Origin: an uncultured Deferribacteres bacterium
GTDB lineage: Bacteria > Zhuqueibacterota > Zhuqueibacteria > Zhuqueibacterales > Geothermadaptataceae
Length of the DNA: 61,120 bases
Assembly: GCA_964014485.1 (NCBI GenBank)
Contig: CAXHAT010000014.1
Location: 1 to 61,120, forward strand
Direction: 5' to 3'
Shown piece after piece: positions 28,130 to 36,658 of the stretch (the first letter of the stretch is position 1; every line of letters starts with the position of its first letter). The translations under genes and the position numbers were made by a program. The notes beneath the pieces were generated by a model. The model was not told where the DNA came from. It saw only the letters and a list, made by a program, of their open reading frames with translations, and searched no databases.

Positions 28130-29727
28130 GGTATATTACGATCCGACCTGGTTTCGACCACTAATTTTGTATGCCCGTGGCGGATCTGCCTTGCCAGGTC
28201 AGCATATCTCACGTCAAGGCGCTCATTTTCTTCCAGGGCGTTTTGAAAAGCTTCTGTCTTGTCGCGGAGCTCGGACATCAGGTGTATGATCTTCTCTTCC
28301 TTGGATTGAATCGCCTTCTCCAGTTTGGCCACAGTCCTTTCGTCTACTTGGGCCTTCAGCCTGGCTTCCAGCTCATCTCTTTGCCTTGACAAGTTCCCCA
28401 CACGTGCTTTGAGGCCAATGACCCTGCGTTCAAGCCGTATGATGGAGTCTATTTGCTCTTCCACATCGGACCAAACCTCGGTTTCATGTCGCTTGCGCAG
28501 TTGTGAATCTACCGTTTGTAAATAGTAGGTACGATAATAAAGACCCTGCAAACCAATCTCTAGAGCGAGGCTTGTTTGAGGCAGGTTGGATAATTTAGTG
28601 ATGATAGGGTGTTTGACATTGAGAATAAACTTACCAGGTGCCTCCTTCACGGCCAGGTAATAATCCTTGAAAAACTCCCAGCCGCCTACAAAAAGTTCAT
28701 GTCGTTCATGCTTTAGATGTGTAATAAGCTTGGTGGCATTGCCAAGTAACGCGGTTGTTGTTTCTTGCGATATACCAATAACAGCGGGTGTATGGGAAAA
28801 ATCCCCGAATTCGAGTTCAATAAAACCCAAAAGATTGCTGTGCCACACTTCTTTGAGGAGCATATGCTGGCTCTTTATGAGTACATCATCTGCAAGTAGG
28901 GAGTCATCATGGGTATCGATGATGTCAACGCGTCGGTCTCGTGTTGCCTGAGATTCGAACAACAGTCGCAGGAAAATGGCAGGCTCTGTGGCATCGATGA
29001 CGACATCTGGCTCAAATAGGGATGCCGGATACTGCGAAGGCGACCTATGGATTGTCATAGCAAACATGTCCACGTTTTCACTCTCATCCAAACTATGCCA
29101 ATCGCCCAGGTATTTCTCAAAAGTCGTCTCTCCTGACTGAGTCTGTATCCAGAACGTTTCACCAATGTTTTTTTTGAGGGCTTCACTTACCATGGCAGCA
29201 ACAATAATGTCTGGCCAATATGAGAGAATTTGTTTGAGATCCTTGCGGCGCCGGGTCACGAGCACGTCAAACATTTCGGAAATAATTGTGGTCACCATTT
29301 TTCTAACTATTGCTTGCCATTCTTCCGGTGGCTGGACTGGAGAGCCTGATTCTGCAGAGTAGAATTGCAGCACCACACTGTAAAATAAAGACCAGATCGG
29401 CAACGTTTTTGCATTTCGTGAGATATACTTCCTATCGCTTATCCACACGTCGACGAAGCCGATTTCGGGTTCGCCATCGCTGGAAGGGCAGGCGGTTGCA
29501 GGGATGAATACGGCGCCTCGCATATTCAGGTCAGTATCATCCAAACCTATATCAAACGGCGTGAGGGTCAAAATATCGACCTCATACTGCTCTTCCAGCC
29601 ACAGCTTAATCACATCAGCTTGATGTTCTTTCCAGTTTGCCCAGAAGGTTGGCATTGTTCTGGTCTTTAGGGGGTTTTGTTCTTTTTGCTCTTCTTGTCG
29701 ATAGTCCAATAGTTTCAAAAACGACAA
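28126..29727 (-). CDS. Degenerate Hsp90/HtpG paralogue lacking the N-terminal ATPase domain, with a C-terminal coiled coil
   Basis: RGAVFIP, GFVDVWIS, LPIWSLF, TTFEKYL and LNVKHPII align by eye with the middle and C-terminal domains of the two adjacent HtpG proteins. No ELIQNA or DxGxGM motifs. Confidence 0.65.
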   Translation of the reverse strand: MSFLKLLDYRQEEQKEQNPLKTRTMPTFWANWKEHQADVIKLWLEEQYEVDILTLTPFDIGLDDTDLNMRGAVFIPATACPSSDGEPEIGFVDVWISDRKYISRNAKTLPIWSLFYSVVLQFYSAESGSPVQPPEEWQAIVRKMVTTIISEMFDVLVTRRRKDLKQILSYWPDIIVAAMVSEALKKNIGETFWIQTQSGETTFEKYLGDWHSLDESENVDMFAMTIHRSPSQYPASLFEPDVVIDATEPAIFLRLLFESQATRDRRVDIIDTHDDSLLADDVLIKSQHMLLKEVWHSNLLGFIELEFGDFSHTPAVIGISQETTTALLGNATKLITHLKHERHELFVGGWEFFKDYYLAVKEAPGKFILNVKHPIITKLSNLPQTSLALEIGLQGLYYRTYYLQTVDSQLRKRHETEVWSDVEEQIDSIIRLERRVIGLKARVGNLSRQRDELEARLKAQVDERTVAKLEKAIQSKEEKIIHLMSELRDKTEAFQNALEENERLDVRYADLARQIRHGHTKLVVETRSDRNIP

Positions 29728-29754
29728 TTATCATTGGCTGATTGTGCGATACAA

Positions 29755-31818
29755 TTATCCCTGCATCATCTGTTTTTGCAAATCCTTCACCTCATCCTTC
29801 AGATCTGCGTTTTCCTTTGTCAACGTCTTAACCTGACTCTCTAACTGTAGCTTTTTGGCTTTCTCATCCATATGCCACTTGGTCTGTTCACAAACTCTGG
29901 AGAGCACGTCGTTGTTCAACTCGTACACATGCTGTAGCATATCCTGGGTCATATCTTCCTGGGCAAACTGGCGTGCGCTGTGATAGATCTGATGCATTGC
30001 TGTAGTGGCGATCGAGCGAATCTCGGGAGGATAATCACTGGCCAGAATGTCGAGTATCTGCCGCAGGAGCTTGCTTTTTGCATTGAGGTTCAACGTCCCG
30101 GCGTGGGCGCCTGCGGTTGCATTCTCCACGAGGTTCTCAAACATGTCCCGCATTTCGTCAGGCAGTTCCTCGCCGTGCTTGCCGAGCATCTTTCGCCATG
30201 CCTGTACATTTTCTACTTCCTTACCGTAGGTCAAAATCGCCGGAATATCGGCAGGCTCGAACTGTACAGTCTTGACAAGCATGCGGCCGTCATGCGCAAT
30301 TCGGCGCAATTCATCTTCGAGCGGCCCCCATTCGACACGCTGCGTGTCATCCAAACTCTCAAACAGGTAGTCCGCGCCAATATCCAGCCTGCGCGCACGC
30401 ACATTATCCCGTATCTGGGCATAGTGCTCGAGGAATGGTGCATCGTAACGGCCGCTGGCATCGAGAACTTCGACATCTTTTTCCTGAAATAGCCGCACGT
30501 ATTGCGCGCGTGATTGGGGTTGGCTAAAATAGTAGATGACATCGCCTTCCTTGTCATTTCGCGTTTGAGCGCGCGCCAGGTAATCCGGCAAGGTGGTGCT
30601 GTTCACACGATCGCTTTGGAAGCGAATGATGTCGCAAACCGCTTTGAAAAATTTTTTTGACTTGAGAGCGCTCAGTTTGATATCGGTATCGTAAAGGAGA
30701 AGAATCCGGGACAAAGTGCCTCCTTGTTTCACTGCCATCTCGTGAATCTGACGAATGATCTCATCCTCCAGACTATTGCGAACGGCCTCGACAGAGGCAT
30801 CGTCACGACGTACATCTTCTCGGCTGACGAGGACGTTGATGGAGGGGGTATCGAGAATACCACTTATAAAAACCGCCCACTTCGGTAAAAGGTCGGACAT
30901 GTTGCTACGGATAAACATTCTACTCACATACAAATCTACCGTACCGTTAGGAATGTCTTCATCCGGGCGTGAAGGCACATAAAGTACACCGCCGATGCGT
31001 ACGTTTTTATGCTCAATTTTTTGCTCGATAGTGATCGGGAAAACAGCTACCGGCTCATCCCACTGATCGCCGTATCTTGCTTTGAGAAACTGCAGAAAGC
31101 CGGGAACGAGCTGTTCGCGCGATTGGTTCACCGCATCCGGCTCATGCCACGGCGCATTCATAACGTTGACGCGATCAAAACCGCGCGTGCCCATGTAAAT
31201 CGGAAATGAAATAAAATCCGCATACCGTTTTATGATATCGCGCAGGCGCTCATCCACGAGAAGATCAACGTGCTCACGTGAGATGTGCAGAGTCGTCTTG
31301 GTGCCGATCTTATCCCTCTTCTGTTTCGTCAGTTGATACTTACCATTACCATCACACTCCCATTTGTAACCCTGGCCACCTTCCGAGATCGACCGGGTTT
31401 CAACTTCTACTTTATCTGCAATCACGAAGGCCGCCAGCAAACCGAGTCCAAATGTGCCAATTAAACGGTACGCAGCCTCACGATCTTTTTGCTTTAAGAC
31501 ATTTCGGAATTCACGAGTACCACTCTTGCCGATGGTCGAAAGATATTTCTGAATATCCTCTTTGGTCATCCCGAGGCCGTCATCTTCGATGGACAAAACG
31601 CCTGCAGGATTAAAATTAATACGGATAGAAGGTGGCCGGCCACCCTGTTCAGTTCCTTCCAACTGCACTTGATGCCTAACGCACGCATCATTGGCGTTTT
31701 GAATCAGCTCCCTGAGTGCAATTTCGCGGTTCGAGTAGAGACTGTTGGCGAGCACTTTTACCAGGCCGGGAAGTTCGATTCCCATGTCGCTCACGATGAC
31801 ATCGTTCACTTCATTCAT
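29755..31818 (-). CDS. htpG: Hsp90/HtpG-family ATPase (paralogue 2) with a C-terminal coiled coil
   Basis: LYSNREIALRELIQNANDA, DDGLGMT, IGKSGT, IGTFGLG and VSRE (catalytic Arg). Confidence 0.88.
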   Translation of the reverse strand: MNEVNDVIVSDMGIELPGLVKVLANSLYSNREIALRELIQNANDACVRHQVQLEGTEQGGRPPSIRINFNPAGVLSIEDDGLGMTKEDIQKYLSTIGKSGTREFRNVLKQKDREAAYRLIGTFGLGLLAAFVIADKVEVETRSISEGGQGYKWECDGNGKYQLTKQKRDKIGTKTTLHISREHVDLLVDERLRDIIKRYADFISFPIYMGTRGFDRVNVMNAPWHEPDAVNQSREQLVPGFLQFLKARYGDQWDEPVAVFPITIEQKIEHKNVRIGGVLYVPSRPDEDIPNGTVDLYVSRMFIRSNMSDLLPKWAVFISGILDTPSINVLVSREDVRRDDASVEAVRNSLEDEIIRQIHEMAVKQGGTLSRILLLYDTDIKLSALKSKKFFKAVCDIIRFQSDRVNSTTLPDYLARAQTRNDKEGDVIYYFSQPQSRAQYVRLFQEKDVEVLDASGRYDAPFLEHYAQIRDNVRARRLDIGADYLFESLDDTQRVEWGPLEDELRRIAHDGRMLVKTVQFEPADIPAILTYGKEVENVQAWRKMLGKHGEELPDEMRDMFENLVENATAGAHAGTLNLNAKSKLLRQILDILASDYPPEIRSIATTAMHQIYHSARQFAQEDMTQDMLQHVYELNNDVLSRVCEQTKWHMDEKAKKLQLESQVKTLTKENADLKDEVKDLQKQMMQG

Positions 31819-33716
31819 ACTTCTCCATCCTCTCTTTTTTGGGTCATTTGCGTCCTGAGCTTAGCATTCTCCAGGACCAGTTCACAAACTTTACAAATGA
31901 TTTCATTGCGATTCTCATGGATGCGTTTTGATATATTCGCTGTCAGAGGTTCACGAGCGAAACTAAGAGCGCCGAAGTAAATCTGTTCCAGCGAGAGCTT
32001 TAGCAGGTGGTGCACATTATCCGGTTCGGAGAACTCCACTAGCGATTTCAGAGTTGTAACCACGGCATTACTCGCATTTAAATACAATACACGGTCTCGC
32101 CCGACGCCTCGCTCCTCAATCATTTTTTTAAGCATGCTTTTAAACTCTGGCGGTGAATTGAAGGCACGTAAATATCGTTTCAGCTCATCACGTTTTTGAT
32201 CGGATTTACCACGAATGAGTACTGCTGGAATATCTTTTGGATCGAATTCAACTACCCTGGCGTTGATGGGCTCATCGATGAGTTGGCCGTAAAAGTTTTC
32301 CATAATCCGCCAGCCCGGATCTTCCACTTCCCTGAAAAGGTAGCCTGCGCCGACATCAATGCGACTAACTACCATATTCGCTTCGACTCGCGCGTATTGT
32401 TTTAAGAACGCTTCGTCTCTCGGATCGCTGGCATCGATCACCTCCAAATCTTTTTCGGCAAATAGCAGTTGATATTGTTCCTGGTAAGCGGGCTCGGTTA
32501 AATAGTATATGTGAGTTTTGCCATCTTCGTCAATTTCTGCTCTTTCCATATACTTGAGCAGATTGACCGTCCGGTGTTCGGTGCGGAAAATGAGCTTGTT
32601 CTTGAAGGCATCATAAACTTTTACAGAATGGATGCATGCTGCTTTCATTCTTCCCCCATAAAGCGCACTGATCTCGGCGAATGTGCGTCGTTTGTGCTCC
32701 GCAACGAAAATGAGGTGCTCAATGATGGTCGCCTCCAGCGCCTCACTCAATGCTTTAAAAGCAGCATCGTGCTGCACCCCTTCGCGACTGACCTGGATGT
32801 TTAATGCCGGGGCTTCTATTATCCCACAGATGAAAACTGCCCAGCGTGGCAACGGGCCCTTGCGTGATACACAAACGAATGCCCGCCGCACGTAAAGTTC
32901 AACCGAACCAACATCGTATTCCGGATCTTTTGAGGGCGGGATGAAAAGTACGCCTTTCACGGCTACATCACCCCTGGGTCTTACCGGAATAACAGATAAA
33001 GGATCGTTCGAATCCGGATAGCGATGTCGCAGGAATTCCATATAGTGAATGTCGTCCTCATCTTTATTATCCCAGGGAGCGACCCTGGTGTTTATCTGGC
33101 GACGGCCGCGCCCGAAAAAAATCGGGAACTCGATGAAGTCGGCATATTTCCGAATGACGTGCTCTAGAGATTCGTCGTTTAAAAGATCATGGTGTTTCGG
33201 ATTGACTGTCAGGGTTAGTATTGTGCCTACATCCTCTTTGTCACATGGTTCAAGCTCGTAATAGGTATCCCCCTTGCAGGTCCATTTGTAGCCATCACTT
33301 TCCGAGTTTTCTGAGCGAGTTCGAATCTCCAAGTGATCTGCAATAAAAAACGCCGCCAGCAACCCGAGACCAAATGTGCCGATCAGCTTATGTGCTGCAG
33401 CATGGTCGTTTGACTCGAGAATCTTGCGAAATTCAGCGGTACCGCTGCGGCCAATAGTGGAAAGGTAATCATGGATCTCTTTTTTCGTCATGCCAATTCC
33501 ATTGTCCCGAATCGTAAGCGTTCCGTTAGCTGTATAGTCGATACGCAGCCACAACTCACCAGATGGCTGCTCTGTGGCAACCTGACGCTTCACGAGGGAA
33601 TCATTGGCGTTTTGAATGAGCTCACGCAGAGCAACATCACGGTTGGAGTAGAGGCTCGTGCCTAGAACCTTGATTAGGCTCGGAAGCTCGATGCCCATTT
33701 CGAATTTTTCAGGCAT
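31815..33716 (-). CDS. htpG: Hsp90/HtpG-family ATPase (paralogue 1)
   Basis: LYSNRDVALRELIQNANDS, DNGIGMT, IGRSGT, IGTFGLG and VSRE. Confidence 0.88.
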   Translation of the reverse strand: MPEKFEMGIELPSLIKVLGTSLYSNRDVALRELIQNANDSLVKRQVATEQPSGELWLRIDYTANGTLTIRDNGIGMTKKEIHDYLSTIGRSGTAEFRKILESNDHAAAHKLIGTFGLGLLAAFFIADHLEIRTRSENSESDGYKWTCKGDTYYELEPCDKEDVGTILTLTVNPKHHDLLNDESLEHVIRKYADFIEFPIFFGRGRRQINTRVAPWDNKDEDDIHYMEFLRHRYPDSNDPLSVIPVRPRGDVAVKGVLFIPPSKDPEYDVGSVELYVRRAFVCVSRKGPLPRWAVFICGIIEAPALNIQVSREGVQHDAAFKALSEALEATIIEHLIFVAEHKRRTFAEISALYGGRMKAACIHSVKVYDAFKNKLIFRTEHRTVNLLKYMERAEIDEDGKTHIYYLTEPAYQEQYQLLFAEKDLEVIDASDPRDEAFLKQYARVEANMVVSRIDVGAGYLFREVEDPGWRIMENFYGQLIDEPINARVVEFDPKDIPAVLIRGKSDQKRDELKRYLRAFNSPPEFKSMLKKMIEERGVGRDRVLYLNASNAVVTTLKSLVEFSEPDNVHHLLKLSLEQIYFGALSFAREPLTANISKRIHENRNEIICKVCELVLENAKLRTQMTQKREDGEV

Positions 33717-33744
33717 TGTTTAATTCTCATCCCTGTTTCGAATG

Positions 33745-33777
33745 AATTTGTAACTATAAAAATTCGAGTTACAAATT
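33745..33777. promoter_or_regulatory. Putative operator upstream of the first htpG
   Basis: AATTTGTAACT-N11-AGTTACAAATT perfect inverted repeat in an AT-rich gap. Confidence 0.4.
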
Positions 33778-33891
33778 AATCTTTAGCTTAAGTTTTGCCA
33801 ATTGAGCGAGATCAATCCCAATTAAAATTAAGCCTACAAAGATTTTGTTGATGACAAGAATGATCATCATGTTCAATTTTTCTTTCTCGAA

Positions 33892-34623
33892 TCAGCGCAG
33901 TGGAATTTTTTTCCGGGACTTTTCATCCATCAGGCTGTAAACAGCCATAGCTGCATCTGAGCGCATGATCGATTCGGCATAGGAGTATCGAATAACAAAT
34001 TCAATTCGGCGATTCAGGCGGAGTGGAACGGATCTATTATTATTAGTAGTGTTCTGTGGCTGATAAGGCTGGTAGCTGGAAAAACCGACTGTTGAGATTT
34101 TTTTCGGGTCGAAGCGCAACTTTTCAGTTAAAAAGCGAACGACGGTTATTGCCCGTCCCGCTGATAGTTCCCAGTTAGTAGGGAATTTTTTACGCACTGA
34201 GGGGCCCAATCGTATACTGTCTGCATGACCTTCGACCTTTAGCGCCTCATAAAAGGATGAACTATTCTTCAAGATTCTTCCAACAGTAAATAAAATATTG
34301 ACATCTTCAGCAGATTGTAAACTGTCCGATCCCGATGGAAAGCGAAGGACGTCTTCAGTCATAATAATCTTCTGAATGAGCGGATTATTTTGATCCGTGA
34401 CTATGAGAGGCGTCCGACTTTCGTACTCACTTTCTTTGAAAGTCGTTGTAATTTCATCTTTTAGATACTCTTGCAATTGCTTTATTTTCAAAAGTTTGAA
34501 TAAATCTAAAAAATTAAGCTGCTGAACAAAAATAAACAGTACCATAAAGAAAACGATGGCAGCAATAATTTCTGTAAAAATATGTTTGGTAAAATCGTCT
34601 TCCGTTTGTTCACGCCGTAACAT
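33892..34623 (-). CDS. MotB/ZorB-like protein (single TM plus OmpA peptidoglycan-binding domain)
   Basis: N-terminal TM helix. RFPSGS, VEGHAD, NWELSAGRA and NRRIEF motifs. TGATG overlap with the upstream gene. Confidence 0.88.
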   Translation of the reverse strand: MLRREQTEDDFTKHIFTEIIAAIVFFMVLFIFVQQLNFLDLFKLLKIKQLQEYLKDEITTTFKESEYESRTPLIVTDQNNPLIQKIIMTEDVLRFPSGSDSLQSAEDVNILFTVGRILKNSSSFYEALKVEGHADSIRLGPSVRKKFPTNWELSAGRAITVVRFLTEKLRFDPKKISTVGFSSYQPYQPQNTTNNNRSVPLRLNRRIEFVIRYSYAESIMRSDAAMAVYSLMDEKSRKKIPLR

Positions 34624-36236
34624 CAGTTCACTCCGGTGATGTAATAGTTATTGGTTTCGATTGTTTTCTGAATGAGACCACTAAGTTGTTGGATCAGCTT
34701 AACGGTCTCAGCTTTGTGCTGCTTATCACTCTTCGTGACCTGATCTTTGAAATCACCAAGAACACTTCGAATGCCCGCTATGTTCTCTGAGTAATCTTTG
34801 TGGTGTTTTTTCAGAAAATCAGTTGCTTTTTCGTCCATGTCTTCAAGGTGCTTCTGGGTCGTTTCACTGATGTTCTCAAGGAGTTGTTGTGTTTCTTCGC
34901 TTATCGATTCTATGTGATCTTGCAGACCGCTTTGAACCTTTTCACTTTGTTCGGTGAAAGCATCGAGACGCGATTTATTATCTTGAGCTATTGAGTTAAT
35001 CAGTTCATCCTGCAAACGTGTGAAAGTCTTCTGAAAACCCAGATGTGCTTTCACAAACTCTTCGTGCTGTACCTCATTTGCTCGTTTTTGATCCGTCAGC
35101 AACTCATTTTGAACTTCATTAAAATGTTGGAGAACATCCTCAGCGTGCTGCTGTTGATTTTTCAGGTGTGCCGCGTTCGTTTTTTCATAGGCCTGATGCT
35201 GTAGCGTACAAATTTCTTTAATTTCATCCCGACTGTCCTGCACATACCCCAGGAACGCACTGCGATCTTGCTCCGATGTGTCAAGCAGAACTGAAACGCG
35301 ATGATAGCTTTCGTTCGCTTGCTGAACCATTTCTTTTATCGCTTCAAATAAGTCCTTATTGCCTTGCTGCGATTCCAGGAATGCGTTCACCGCGCGGGAG
35401 ACATTCGTGAGGACCTTCCTGTTTTCAGTATTATAGTCCTTCATATTGTCTGAAAGCGAGTTGACTGAAGTGAGCAGGCGGCTATTTGAACGCTCTATCG
35501 TGGTCGCCGTTTCGCGCAGCTCATTGATGGCGCGAAGCAGGTGACTAATGATATTCTCATCATCTGGCGCCATGAAGAGCGGGTATAACTTTAAGGTCAA
35601 GAATTTATGGAATTTATGATCGTAGGGCGCCCAGCTCATTTTGTAAAAAACGTTCCCCAAGGTCAAAAGCAATGAAACACATAACCCAACGAGAGTCGTG
35701 CCAAATGCGATGCTCATACCGTTGAGTGAAAAGACCATGGTATCAACAAGTTCTTTAATTGCAGCATCAGAAGCTAAGTTTGTAGCATTAAAGATATCCG
35801 GCATTCTTTCAATGGAAATGAACAATCCGAGTACCGTACCCAAGAAACCGATAATCACCGCTAACGCCGGGATTGCGCGCGGCACCGCGGTGCGAATTTC
35901 ATTACGAATTTCTTCAAAGTACATGATTTTGTCGCGATCTTCGAGGCTGGATTTGGCTAAATCCTGCAAAATCTCGATCGCTTCTCCAAGCATGCCTTTG
36001 TCTGAAAGCTTTAAGTCGGCTAACTCGCGCTCTACGTTTTTCTGGGTGATTGGATGAGGTGACTCTTTGAAGTGAGCCTCAACTGCCCTTAATTCTCTTC
36101 GGCCTCGTCGTAAAAAGACAAAGGCCTTGACAAGAAAGACCACTCCGAGAATGAGGAGGATTGCATTAAAGCAGTTGACGACAATGTTGATGGAGTTTGA
36201 GAAAAAGATATCGTACAGTAGCGTAAACATGTTCAA
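34623..36236 (-). CDS. MotA/ExbB/ZorA-like proton-channel protein with a long cytoplasmic helical tail
   Basis: Three TM segments with IGFLGTVLGL and GMSIAFGTTLVGL motifs, followed by about 320 aa of helical/coiled-coil tail. Confidence 0.85.
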   Translation of the reverse strand: MNMFTLLYDIFFSNSINIVVNCFNAILLILGVVFLVKAFVFLRRGRRELRAVEAHFKESPHPITQKNVERELADLKLSDKGMLGEAIEILQDLAKSSLEDRDKIMYFEEIRNEIRTAVPRAIPALAVIIGFLGTVLGLFISIERMPDIFNATNLASDAAIKELVDTMVFSLNGMSIAFGTTLVGLCVSLLLTLGNVFYKMSWAPYDHKFHKFLTLKLYPLFMAPDDENIISHLLRAINELRETATTIERSNSRLLTSVNSLSDNMKDYNTENRKVLTNVSRAVNAFLESQQGNKDLFEAIKEMVQQANESYHRVSVLLDTSEQDRSAFLGYVQDSRDEIKEICTLQHQAYEKTNAAHLKNQQQHAEDVLQHFNEVQNELLTDQKRANEVQHEEFVKAHLGFQKTFTRLQDELINSIAQDNKSRLDAFTEQSEKVQSGLQDHIESISEETQQLLENISETTQKHLEDMDEKATDFLKKHHKDYSENIAGIRSVLGDFKDQVTKSDKQHKAETVKLIQQLSGLIQKTIETNNYYITGVN

Positions 36237-36247
36237 TCTCCTGAGCT

Positions 36248-36655
36248 TTAACTGAGTGGTCTATTTCCATCAGTCTTTTGAGCAATCAGTTTTTTCATTT
36301 GTGCAATCTCGGGGTCGATTTTCAGCCTGCTCTCCAGAGTTGCGACAATACCGTCGGCATCTTTGAGAGCGTTCAGGCCAATGCAGGCGTAGCACAAATT
36401 TTTTAAATATTTGATCTGCTCCGGCTTGTATTCAAGCAAGATGGAGTAAGTGCGTAGAGCAGAAACAAATGCATTTTGCTGAATATATTGTGCTCCGGCG
36501 CGCTCAAGTTGCTGAATACGTTGCAGCATGATATTGAGTTGTGTAAGTGTTACCTGACAATTTTTGCACGCAACTAACAGACGGTTATTCTTCTCACCGC
36601 AACGCGGGCAAACAATAGATTGTACTTTTTCTTGCATAATTTGCTGTCCAATCAA
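36248..36655 (-). CDS. Zinc-ribbon plus TPR-like protein
   Basis: CPRC...CKNC, then TPR-like helices (ALRTYSILLEYKPE). Alternative start ATG 36637. Confidence 0.7.
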   Translation of the reverse strand: MIGQQIMQEKVQSIVCPRCGEKNNRLLVACKNCQVTLTQLNIMLQRIQQLERAGAQYIQQNAFVSALRTYSILLEYKPEQIKYLKNLCYACIGLNALKDADGIVATLESRLKIDPEIAQMKKLIAQKTDGNRPLS

Positions 36656-36658
36656 ATT

